A stretch of 64,000 nucleotides of DNA from Utricularia gibba (taxonomy: Eukaryota > Plantae > Magnoliophyta). The DNA is taken from positions 5,084,001 to 5,148,000 of the forward strand of contig CM007989.1 of NCBI GenBank assembly GCA_002189035.1, given 5' to 3'. The position numbers were made by a program, and so were the translations under genes. Shown here piece by piece: positions 50,197 through 61,237 of the stretch. The first letter of the stretch is position 1. Every line of letters begins with the position of its first letter. The notes under the pieces are model-generated. The model did not search any database, was not told the DNA's origin, and worked only from the letters and a program-made list of their open reading frames with translations.

Positions 50197-52886
50197 TTTT
50201 GATGAACGTTGGAATGGGTTGCTAAATGTTGCGGTTTAGCACATTCAACGCATCAAAAGAAATTTATAAACCGAGCTATTCTACTACACAAATCACAAGA
50301 ATTAATGTAGTGTGGCAAGCAAGGGTCGAATCCACAGGGAATGGTTGCAATTTTCTGAAATTCATCACAATTACTTGAAATAGGGGGGAGGGGTTTTCTG
50401 GGATTTAAGTCTAATGCGGGTAAGACGTAAAATAATAGTTACTGGAGTAAACGAGTTGCAGGGATGAAGAGGGACTGAAATTAACGTGAAGGTGCATAAA
50501 ACATAAAATAAAAGTAATTTGGCTGGATTTTACACCAGGGTCTAGCTCTTGTGTCACTCAAGAGAGCCGTTAGGCTTAAACCCACCTTGGAACGCTTGAA
50601 AACAGAGTAATAGTTTGCAGAAACAGAGCATGGTTCGCATGAACAGTAAAAGTGCGTTAAACTTAAAGGTAAACATGGAAAGCTTAAACAAAAACATGTT
50701 TATAAACTAAGGCAAGGTCTACAACGAGTTTCCAATTCACAGCAAGGTACCGAAAAGCATCAGAAAGCATAAAAACGACGGCAATAACAGTAGCAAGTTC
50801 ACGTAGAAAAGGGAGTGCAGAAATCTATAAATAAAAGTTGTAAAATGCTTCTATGGGCTGGAGATATGTTGGAAATCGAAGTTCTTGCCGGAACGGTGGT
50901 GTAGACACGCAGATCTGGAGGTCGCCGGAGACTTGCGCCGGAGAAACGGAGTTCTCCTTGCTCCCACTCGCTCCTGTTCACTACCTGTGCACTCTGCATG
51001 CACAGTGTACTCTGCCTCTTCTCTCCCTTCCTTTTCCCTTTTGCAGCTCAAAAGTAAGGGTAGCTTCGTCTTTTCCTCAGGCTTCTAGAAGGGAGATCTC
51101 TGCTCCATATCTTATCTCTTCAGAAGGGCGGCTACTTTCGGCGGAAAGTGGCTTTTGCACAACTTTTCTGTCCCTTCTGACTTGTCAACGCGGAAAGTGC
51201 GCTGCTACAGTACTAGCTTTTACCCTGATAAGACTTAAAACATACACTGGACAAAATATTAGAGTTTTCGGCTCAATTGTTGCCAATTGAGCCTGTTTTC
51301 ACAATAAGCACATTCTAGCAGACTAAATACGCAAAAGACGATAATTTAGCATACTAAATAACATTTATCCCTACAAAACATGCTTAAAAACATATATAAA
51401 AACATAATAAAAATGGTGTTATCAGTGCTCAAGTCTTGGAATGAAACTTCATCTACTCCCAGAAACTGAAGGGTTTTAGTCCAAAAAGGCCATGAAAACA
51501 GAAATGAAAATGAAAGCTAAATGTTCTTCTTCCTTGGAGAAGAGGAAGAACTCAAAAGTTCTAAATACAAAGAGAAAATGTCCAAGGTTCGAAAATAAGT
51601 GTTACAAGTTGATTTTATGTCACTCTCCACGTGTATTAACTCCTTTGGGTCCCCTTTTCATCATTCTTTCTATCTTGCGTGCGCCAGCAACTTTCCTTTG
51701 CGTGCAATTTAGCACCCAATCATTTCTACAGACTCTGACCAGTGTTAGTCTTCCGCCCACAATTGTTCCAAGTCGTGTACAAGACACGAAAAGTCAGAGT
51801 CTGACAACTTGCAACACTCCACAACTGCCTCCCGACATGTCTCGATCAAAGTGCACGAAAAAAGATAGAAAATATATACAAAATAAGAAAATAGGATTTT
51901 TCTAGGAAAATCAATTACTTATCAATATAATTCTTAATCGGACGACTTAATACATAGTTAACTCATAATAATACCTAATAAATAACTAGAAAATGACACT
52001 TAACAACATGATATCATTAAGATAAATTGAAGAGAATAGCAAGGACATTGTAAAATAATAGTGAAAGTAACGAAATATCCAGAAAACTAAAAATAAAGTA
52101 GGGTGTTTTGTTCGCGATCTGCTACTGTTCATTCCTCGGCAAAGTAGTGCTAAATTAGGTTTTTGATGTTGTTCTTGAAGTCTTTGGTCTTCGTTCTAAA
52201 GAAATCACCTTCATCTTCCTTCCTTCGTGTTCTTCCTCTCCCTCATGGGGTGTGGTCGTGTTCTCCTCCTGCTTGCTATTCAAAAATATCTTACTTTCTT
52301 TACTTTCCATTTTTCAAAGTCAGTACACTGTTCCTTACATCTATATTATGCCTTGTGGTTGTGTAGATGACTGAATATTAATCATGTGTCCTTCTTGTGT
52401 CTTGTACCCCATCAAATTATGATGATAAACTAGTTAAATGTGATCCATAATGCTACTGTTAACACTTGAAATAATATTATAAATTATAATATACATTAAA
52501 TCAACGATTTAGTATATATTATGGATAAAAATACAAACAACACAATAATTAAAAAATATTAAAAATCATAATTAAAATATCTAATTTTATCATTAAACAT
52601 ATCAATTTTATAACTTAAAAACAGTAATGAAATGTGTGCTATCATAATCTCTAAACTTTAAAATCATAAAACTAAACTTCAAATTAAAAAGTTAAATAAC
52701 CTAATTATAATTTTCAAAATCTAACCTTTAAAGCAACTCAAAAAATATACAAAAATTAAAAACAATTAAGTAAAATATTGAAAATTTTAATCCATTTTAT
52801 TGATTGTAATTTTTTATAAACTAATCGTATAAAATCAAAATATTGTATATATTATACTAGTTTATATTATAAAAACTAAATGTTAT

Positions 52887-54034
52887 TGATAAGTGATTTT
52901 GTGTCGTTCCAAAATATGTTCTTCCACTACTCTTGAGTGTTATTTTTATCTTAGACCCCCACTTTCTCATTATTCTCAATTGATTTTGTATCTTTCACAC
53001 TACTTTGATCTTTTTGGAGAGAAAGTATATTTTATGGATTTTTAGGGTACTTTTGGATCAATTTGAGAAGAAATAAGATCCACCAAATTATGGACTTGAT
53101 GGGCCACGAATCCCAACCCAAGACTCGGTCAAACGATGAAGATTTGGTCCAAGATTCGTGGATAAGATAGAGATGTCAAGAAGATTTTCGAAGATTAGGA
53201 TAAAAGATTTGGATAGAAGATCTTATCCAAGCCCATCGAATAAGCTCAATACGAAGACTTGGATCTACTCTCCTATAAATAACCCACCCTCTCAACCATT
53301 AGAAACGTCTTTGACCACTTTTACTTTGAATCTTTCCTATTTTCATGTCTATTTTTATGTTTGAGTCGAGTCTACGCGTGTAGGCGCTTGCGGCTGAGGA
53401 CCTGCTGTGAAGCCTTGCTTGCACAAGTTATGCGCGTGTGACTGTCTTACCAAGTTTTTCAGCATTTAATTTGAGGTCTTATTCTGTTTTTCGCAACGTT
53501 TTATTTACTAACATGATCTTTAGTACCATATAGCCCTAAGGGAGTATGGGAGAATCAAAGGTTGGCCTCAAGCACCTAAGGAAAAGTGCTCAATCGGATA
53601 TCGTTGGTAAGGCACATTTTGTCTAATCTGTTTGCGAGGTGAGAGGTGTAGGGGTTAGATTTGAGTGTGGGGAAAACATGGGTTATCACAAGAGGTGAAA
53701 TGGCTCTGATGGCGTGGTTGATTCCATAATCCCACAAAACAAGGGACGGTGCTATAACGGTCACCGAGTAGTACTATTTTAGCATAGCACCCCCAAAGCT
53801 TGCGCAAGCAGGTCAATATTCAAGGTTTACACACACAAGTTTGGGCGAGATTTAAGCAAGGTGAATCCTAGATCTAAAGCCAATTTTCTTATTATTTTTA
53901 AACCCAAATCTTTCTTTTGTTTTCAGTCTTTTTTGAGTCTTTGTTTGAAAAAAAAATTCCAATAACAATTCGCTGTGGATACGATCTTATTTTATTACTT
54001 CGATGGTTTCTGTACACTTGCAGAATCACCATCA
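52887..54034 (+). mobile_element. Athila-type solo LTR, family G (1148 bp)
   Basis: TGATAAGTG...CACTTGCAGAATCACCATCA with perfect TSD GTTAT. Homologous to 62251-63444. Confidence 0.9.
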
Positions 54035-54036
54035 GT

Positions 54037-54068
54037 TATATATATATATATATATTATATATATATAT
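54037..54068. repeat. (TA)n microsatellite
   Basis: Interrupted TA run starting in the right TSD of the G solo LTR. Confidence 0.8.
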
Positions 54069-56187
54069 GAGTTTGTTTTAATGTTTTTTAATAAAAAATC
54101 GTTTTTTATTTTATTAAATATGATATATAAAAATTAGGGATATTGGGTAAAAAGATAAATAAAACACGGTTATTGTTCAAATGTTTTTGAAACATAACTA
54201 TTTACCCAATTACTTTTTTGTAGAGGATTAATTAGCTAAATTACCCAAGTAATAGGTTATGAAATAATACGGTATGTGAATGTATTGGAATATGAGGACT
54301 TGGATAAGAACATATTTAGTGATTTCTGAAAATGCCAATGTGGATTTCCAGAAACCAATATTATTTTTACAAAAATCAGTAATTTGAGACTATGAAAACC
54401 AAAAGAAGTAAATCTAGTTTCTCTAGGGAAACCAAACTTCTGAAAGGAAATCTTACATCATGTTTTTTTTATAATTTTTCTATTCATTTTCGAAAATTGA
54501 TAAAGTAAATTAGTAAACTTCGTAAAAGAAATTTAATAAAAAAACACTTCATCATTTCCAAAAATCACTAAAGATGGTCTAATACCACAAGATATATTTC
54601 TTGCACAAAGTAGTAGTTATAACCAGAAATGGATATACATTACTCGAAATCATCGACTTTCCCTACTTTTCCACTATTATGCTTTTGTGTCTATTTATGA
54701 CATTTGTACCTTTTCCATTTTGTTTTGGAATAAATCATTACCAACACCCCTTTTGGTTTCTTTAAATTCTATTATGCTAAGACTTCTATCTCTCCTCCCC
54801 AGAAAATGTTTCGTCCTTGGGTTTTGTTTGTGGTTAGAATGAATGTCTTTCTTGTAGAAATCATCTTTTGTCCCGGTGCTCCCTCTCTTGGTCTTCTCCT
54901 TTTTTAACTCGATTTTCCATTCGTAACCCTATCTCATGATTCCTGCGAATTCGTGTGTCTGTACATGAAATGGACATAAGTCTCATGTAGTAAACAAATT
55001 TATTGATCTCTTCCCTAATGAGTTATTGGGCCATCCCCCAAAAAAGGAAAAGTAGAATTGTCCATTGAATTGCTACGAGGCACTCACCCCATAACCAGAA
55101 GAGCTCAAGACTCATTATCTGATGGCATCTCTAGAACTGATCCAGCAAAAGAGGCAACTACTTGAGTAGCCGGATAAGAAGCATATCAAACCACTCTCTA
55201 ATTGTACAATTCATGGTATGGGTCTGCATCGGTGATCCAACAGATGCGTAGTATGGTTATGGTTTTAGATTGATTTTAGAATATGTTTATTTAATATAAA
55301 TATTTAGTGACAAGTTTTAAATTATATTGATAATTTCATTTAAAATTGATTTTAAATAAATTTAAACCTTCTACAAATATTTATAGAAAATGAAGAAAAA
55401 TTATGTATGTTATATTTAATTATAAATAATTGTAAACAAGAACTATGAAATTTAAAGTCCAAGTCCATATACCGATTCGGTCCGATCTTAAAAAACATTA
55501 AATTTCAATCTGTATATTGATGACTCTAAAAATTATTGGGTTTTTTTTCAAATCGACTTTAAGCCCGAAACACAAATCCCGAGTACGAGACTAGGACCAA
55601 TTTGAAAATAGATTTTTTTTTGTATTATAATTATAATTATTTTTAATTTTGAATAATTTTAATTTACTTTATGTACACTATTTTATGTTAGGATAAATAA
55701 TATGAATTAATGATTTATATAATAATTTTGAATTTATTTCTATAAACTATTTAAATAATATTTAAATGTGTGTCAATGTTTAATAATTTTTTAAAATATT
55801 TTATATTATCAATCCGATTAAAAAAATATTCAAGTTAGAATCATATTAATCATGACTTCATGTAATCAATATTTAACTCGACCTTACTTCAAAATTTGAC
55901 AAAAGCCCTTTGAAATAGGGTTGGGTTGGCCTAGCCCGGGCCAACTTCATCTCTATGTACAAACATTCACATCTCTAAACCAAATCATGGTTTTGGTTTG
56001 AATCGATTACACCTTGAACAAGTGTTATTTATCGTCATTATTCTAAATTTATTTATCCTACCGGGAGAGCGACTTTCTACAATATGAGAATTGGTTTCGG
56101 AGATGAGCGACTTTCTATATCAATATAAAAAATTAGAAAATTGTTTTAGGCGAAAAAAATGAAAGATAACATTATCTTTCTTCTAAA

Positions 56188-56193
56188 TGGGCC
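56188..56193 (+). promoter_or_regulatory. Site II (TGGGCY, TCP-binding) motif upstream of the PPR gene
   Basis: TGGGCC about 65 bp upstream of the ORF start; sequence match only. Confidence 0.45.
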
Positions 56194-56254
56194 AGATAAT
56201 TGGGTCTCACGTCGTATTGAAAATGTATGACCCCGTCGGAGGTCGCCCTCTCCG

Positions 56255-58426
56255 GTGGGCGGGATGAACTTTTCGGAAGTCCTGAAATCTCATCCTTCAA
56301 GGTTCAGCGTCTCATACTCCACCAGGGCGTTTCCTTTGTCTCTCAAAGATTTGTTCTCTTCACCTCCCCACGGCGGTGTTACTGCTGAAACGTCGGCAAT
56401 AAAAAATGGGAACCTTGACATTAACAAAAAGGCTAAAATCTTGGCAGAGCTCGTCAACACGAAGCCGTGGTCGCCGGCGCTGGAGTCCAGACTCGGCGCC
56501 CTCCTTCCTCTATCCCAAACGACATTCTTCCAGATTATGCGCCGGATGCAAAAACCTTTGAAAGCTCTCCGCTTCTTCAACTGGACGAAGAACTCAGGTT
56601 TTGCTCACAATCACCATTCTTACTTCATGATGCTGGAAATTCTTGGACGGAACAGAAATCTCAACACAGCTCGGAATTTCCTTTTCTCTATTCCCCTAAA
56701 AACCAACAGTAAAATTCAGCTCACTGACAAGCTTTTCAATAGCTTGATTCGGAGCTATGGGAATGCAGGGCTTTTTCAGGAATCGATGAAGATATTCAGT
56801 GTAATGAAGTCAATGGCTATCTCCCCATCGACGTTTACTTTCAATAGTTTGCTGATGATTCTGATGAAGAGGGGAAGGCTTGGAATGGCTTTTCAGCTGT
56901 ATGATGAACTTCTTAGGACTTATGGTGTGAAGCCGGATTTATGTACCTTTAACGTGTTGATTAAGGGGTGTTGTTCGAATTCTAGGACTGATATAGCCTT
57001 TAGAATGTTCAAGGAAATGGATGATTATAACTGTGAGCCTGATTTGGTTACATATAATATACTTGTTGATGGCCTGTGCAAAGCTGGAAAAGTGGAAGTC
57101 GCACATAATGTAGTAAAGGGGATGATGCTGAAGAAGCGTGAGGATTTGAGGCCTAATGTTGTTACTTACACAGCATTGCTTAGAGGCTATTGCGCGAAGC
57201 AACAGACCCACGTAGGATTGGATTTATTGAGGGAGATGATTGATGCTGGAGTTCAACCAAACAATGTCACATATAATACATTGATACATGGACTTTGTGA
57301 GTCTAAGAAGTTGGGATTGTTAAAGGAGGCTTTGGGGGAAGATGGAGTGAAAAGCATGGCATTTTCTCCGGATACCTATACTTTCAACATTTTGATGAAT
57401 GCTCTTTGCAGCTGCAATAATTTAGATGAGGCATCGAAAACCTTCGAGAGAATGAAAGAACTGAATGTCGCACGAGATTCAGCCACGTTTTGCATGCTGA
57501 TTCGAGCTTTCTGTCGAAATGGGGTCTTTGCTAAGGCAGAGGAGTTGTTAGATGAGTTATTGGAGAAAGAGGTTTTGCTGCAAAATGGCAATTCTGTGCC
57601 CCTTTGTGCTGCATACAATCCCATCTTCGAGCATCTCTGTTCGAACGGGAAAACCAAGAAAGCAGATAAAGTGTTGAGGCAACTAATGAAAAGGGGAGTA
57701 CAGGATCGTGTTTCCTTTGGGACACTGATCACTGGACACTGTAAAGAAGGGACTTTTGTGGAAGGACATAAGCTCTTAGTTCTGATGCTGAGAAGAGATT
57801 TTAAGCCTGATGTACAGACATACAGCACCCTAATCGATGGTCTTTTACTGAAGGGGAAACCGCACCTTGCTTATGATTCCCTTCTAAAAATGCTGAGAAG
57901 CGACTATCTTCCAAGGGCGTCTGTCTTCCATCGTGTTCTCACTGAACTTATCCGGAGCAGTTCTCATAACGCTGCAGATTTGATGATCCTAATGCTGGAC
58001 AAGGACATCAGACCTAACATTGATCTCTCGACGGATGTTGTAATATTGCTGTACCATTCTCGTTTGAAGAAGGAAGCATTCCAGCTAATTCAAAGTATCT
58101 ATGCGAAGGGATACATGGTAAACATGGATAAGTTGGTTTCATTCTTGTGCGAACAGAAGAAACTGCGACAGGCATACGAGTTGCTGATATTTGTTCTCAC
58201 AAACGACGAAAGGGCTGAGATATCTCTATGCAATGCTGTATTGAGTCACCTCTGCGGAGCTAAAATGTTCTCAGAAGCCTTCAATCTCTACTATGAGCTA
58301 CTGGAGACGGATGCCGACGGACCTTTCAACAGCCTTCCTGACCTTAAAGCGGGTCTTGAATCAACTGGAAAGTTGAAACAGGCAGAGTTCGTGGCCAAGA
58401 GGATGTTTAACAATACCAGCTGTTGA
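56255..58426 (+). CDS. P-class pentatricopeptide repeat protein, At1g02060-like (probably plastid), 723 aa, intronless
   Basis: Tandem 35-aa PPR motifs (TFNSLL, TFNVLIKG, TYNILVDGLCKAG, TYTALLRGYC). Segments such as FNSLIRSYGNAGLFQES, RNLNTARNFLFSI and AYNPIFEHLCSNGKTKKA..V.RQLMKRGVQD match my recollection of Arabidopsis At1g02060. Which N-terminal ATG is used is uncertain. Confidence 0.95.
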   Translation: MGGMNFSEVLKSHPSRFSVSYSTRAFPLSLKDLFSSPPHGGVTAETSAIKNGNLDINKKAKILAELVNTKPWSPALESRLGALLPLSQTTFFQIMRRMQKPLKALRFFNWTKNSGFAHNHHSYFMMLEILGRNRNLNTARNFLFSIPLKTNSKIQLTDKLFNSLIRSYGNAGLFQESMKIFSVMKSMAISPSTFTFNSLLMILMKRGRLGMAFQLYDELLRTYGVKPDLCTFNVLIKGCCSNSRTDIAFRMFKEMDDYNCEPDLVTYNILVDGLCKAGKVEVAHNVVKGMMLKKREDLRPNVVTYTALLRGYCAKQQTHVGLDLLREMIDAGVQPNNVTYNTLIHGLCESKKLGLLKEALGEDGVKSMAFSPDTYTFNILMNALCSCNNLDEASKTFERMKELNVARDSATFCMLIRAFCRNGVFAKAEELLDELLEKEVLLQNGNSVPLCAAYNPIFEHLCSNGKTKKADKVLRQLMKRGVQDRVSFGTLITGHCKEGTFVEGHKLLVLMLRRDFKPDVQTYSTLIDGLLLKGKPHLAYDSLLKMLRSDYLPRASVFHRVLTELIRSSSHNAADLMILMLDKDIRPNIDLSTDVVILLYHSRLKKEAFQLIQSIYAKGYMVNMDKLVSFLCEQKKLRQAYELLIFVLTNDERAEISLCNAVLSHLCGAKMFSEAFNLYYELLETDADGPFNSLPDLKAGLESTGKLKQAEFVAKRMFNNTSC

Positions 58427-58522
58427 AATTACGAACATACGTTGCCATGGGAATATAAATGAAGAAAAAAATTTGAAGTTGCAGGAATTCTAATGCAAAA
58501 AAGGCTTTTGATTTCACTGGAA

Positions 58523-60347
58523 TCATTCAGTTTCTGATTCACTACTATCATAGAATAACTGCATTGATTCAGAGCTTGTTTGTTCATCCGACTCGTACTC
58601 CGTTTTCTCTGATTGCTCTGCTTCCCTCTCCATAGCTTTCGCCTTAGCGGCTTCAAGGCGAGCAGCCACAGTTTCCCAAGAAACAAGCTTCTCAATAAAC
58701 GTCGATATGTAGTCAGGCCGACGACTCTGGGATTGACAAACATGACGGTAAAGCATCACCAGAACTCAATAGCAAACTGAGTAAAAAGTGTTGCTGATGG
58801 CTCACCTGGAAATCAATGTAGTAAGCGTGCTGGATAGAAGACATAAACAGAAACATTGACGTCATGCTTAAATAAATATTTAAAATATTTTAGGAGATAG
58901 ATCAGAGAGAAGGGCAAGAGCTACTACGATTCCCATACCTCCCAGACGTCTATTGCGAGCAGTGGCTGCAACAAAAGGAGAAAATGAGATCAACACAAAC
59001 ACTTCCTACTATAGGAATGAGAAACTTGTGTTTAAGAAAAATGTGTCTGACTACTGTTATATTAACCTTGGTGCTGCAAAAAGAGAACAACAACGGAGTA
59101 TGATTATGAAAGAAGCCGCGAGACTAATGCTCCCATGCACCAATGCACAAGAACGATGTTCATGATTGGCACGGCATAAAGCATGCTGACAAAGCAGAGT
59201 AGAAGTATGGTGCTTACAGAGTAATCCCAGACAAGAGGATTTATAGCATTTGGACTCTTCACTACCACAAGCTTCTTGTCCTCTTCTTTAGGACGAGGGT
59301 TTACAGCATTTCCTACATTTAGTCTATTGGCTTTGTCTGCATGTAAGTGATACAACAATCAACAATTTATCTCTATTATATCTAAAACAGAAGAACACAT
59401 GTTGCAGTCTTACAAACAAGCCAAGCCCATCCAGACCCAAGTTGTGTTGCTGCAGCTGTCTTAAACTCGTTGACAAATTCATGAAAAGAGCCAAAGTCTC
59501 TGATGATTAACTCCAAAACTTCACCAGAAGGCTCGCCACCACCATCCGGTTTTATAGACTCCCAAAAGAACTCATGATTCCAGGCCTGCGAATCGATTAA
59601 AACACTAAAAAGAGCTCTAGTCGATCATCCTCTTCCTTTAAAAATATAACCATATCAACTTGCATACCTGTGCAGCATTGTTGAAAGGTGGCAGGAAGTC
59701 ACCCTTGTTATACGTAAGTAGAATTATTTCCTCTAAACTCTTCTCGTCGAGCTCTGTACCAACTATTTGCTTGTTCAGGTTATCAACATACCCTCTGTGA
59801 TGCTTTCCCCAATGGTATTCAAGTGTTTCACGGCTCATAACAGGTTCCAAAGAGTCCTGATCGACAAATTTTAGAATAAAGGCCAGAAATGCTGTTTAAC
59901 TGCTGTTTAAAAGACTTCATAAGTGTAGCATTGTAGTGAAAAGCATGAAACTGCTCTAAAAATTCATACAGTTGAGTATGGCGGGGGCTTGAGCTCCACT
60001 TTTGCTGTGATGACACCACCACCCCTTTTTGCTCCTTTCGAATTGCACCTCTAATAAACTCAAATAGCTTATTAATGAAATAGACGAAATCCAGACAACG
60101 CAGCTCTATAAACAATGAGTCCCACCCTCATCTTCAAAGAATACGAAACTTTAAGAAAAACTCACCTGATTCTTTCTGAGTTTGAAGCTGCCAGCGGGCC
60201 CAAAAAGCCCTACAACAGAAGAATCAGAAAAGAACGCAGCTACCAAATATGTTATATCCAGTGGGTGAAAAGAAAGCGCAAACCTAGAAACGGAACTAAG
60301 CAACAGTTTGAGGTCCCGGCAAGGGGTCCTGCAAGTGACGCAGACAT
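58523..60347 (-). CDS. FSD2: Plastid iron superoxide dismutase, FSD2/PAP9 type, 9 exons, 307 aa
   Basis: Exons 60347-60284, 60209-60166, 60050-59970, 59856-59668, 59585-59414, 59336-59218, 58965-58939, 58829-58806 and 58726-58523. All introns are GT-AG and the total is 924 nt. Metal-ligand motifs HWGKHH, WNH and DVWEHAYY, Fe-type NNAAQ, FSD2-type insert [19 protein letters not shown], and an acidic C-terminal tail. Confidence 0.93.
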
Positions 60348-60766
60348 TTTATCTCCACGGCCTGCAAACACAAACGGCTCCTCGACTAGGAAATATGCAC
60401 GTTCTTCTGCATTTTCACCACTACATTTCTTATAACTCAGCTTCAGAAAAATACAACCAGCAAGAAAACAACCAACTTCGTGGATGAAACAACATAACAG
60501 AGCAAAATGATAGCCACAGAAACATGTCCTTACAGCCAACGGACCGCGAACAGGTTGGAACAGCCAAGCCAGTCAGCGCTTGGGCTTTTTCGATCTCTGC
60601 TCTTGGATTTATGGATTAGAGCCGAAGGCTTGTCGACGTAAAGAAGCTAACCCGTGTTCTCTTCTCTCACGCGCACCACTGTTGGCAGCCGGGGGCGGGG
60701 ACTCTCATTCAGTCATTCTTTCTCAATTACCGAACTGGGCGACATCCAGCATCCAGGATGAGGTGT

Positions 60767-60780
60767 TGGGCTTAAGCCCA
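60767..60780. promoter_or_regulatory. Palindromic double site II element in the FSD2 promoter
   Basis: TGGGCTTAAGCCCA is a perfect 14-bp palindrome holding two TGGGCY motifs. A further TGGGCT lies at ~60581. Confidence 0.55.
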
Positions 60781-61237
60781 GATCAGCCTTTTTCGAACGG
60801 ACTGAAATCGCATCAATTCTTATAAGTGATTCTATTTAAATGTGTAATAAAATATTACATTCAGATTTTGTAATTAATTTTAAAAATGATTACATTTATT
60901 GAATCTCTAATGTGGTAATTAAATAAGAAATTAATTATAAAATTATATTATATTGATAGTGATTTTACAAGTGCACAAAAATAATTGAAGTAATAAAATA
61001 AGATTATATCCGAAAGAAATTGTTCTTAGAATTTTCTTTTCAAAACAATGAGTCAAAAGAATGAAAATAAAGTGAAAGATTTGTTTTAAAATTAATAAGA
61101 ACAGCGGTCTTTAGATTTAAGATCCACCTTATTTAAAACTCGTTTTTGTTTGTATGCAAACCTTGAAAATTAATCTGTTTGCATAAGCTCTGGAGTTGTT
61201 ATTCTAAAATAATGCTACTCACTGACCCTTATAACAC

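Larger units (their letters stand above)
39909..51424 (-). mobile_element. Near full-length Athila element C2 (11.5 kb)
   Basis: LTRs 39909-41134 and 50200-51424 (~95% identical by eye), TSD GTGCT, PBS at 50179-50196, complete gag-PR-RT-RH-IN order plus a 3' ORF. Scattered stops and frameshifts. Confidence 0.95.
39348..52005 (-). mobile_element. Family D solo LTR (~1.14 kb net) split by element C2
   Basis: TGTTGCGTG at 39348 and CACTTAACA at 52005 with TSD ACATG (39343-39347 and 52006-52010). The two parts, 39348-39908 and 51430-52005, are homologous to 24373-26919. Confidence 0.85.

Noticed and set aside
52011-52414. LTR-like segment ending TTGTACCCCATCA, resembling the Tat LTR terminus
   Set aside because: Only the last ~13 bp match family B. 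The other end and a TSD could not be found, so it is left unannotated.
55230-55960. Possible hAT-MITE ends (for example ...CCAACTTCATCTCTA) in AT-rich DNA
   Set aside because: No matching opposite TIR or 8-bp TSD could be established.
58429-58743. 104-aa minus-strand ORF filling the PPR-FSD2 gap
   Set aside because: An alternative frame of the FSD2 last exon, starting within an intron.
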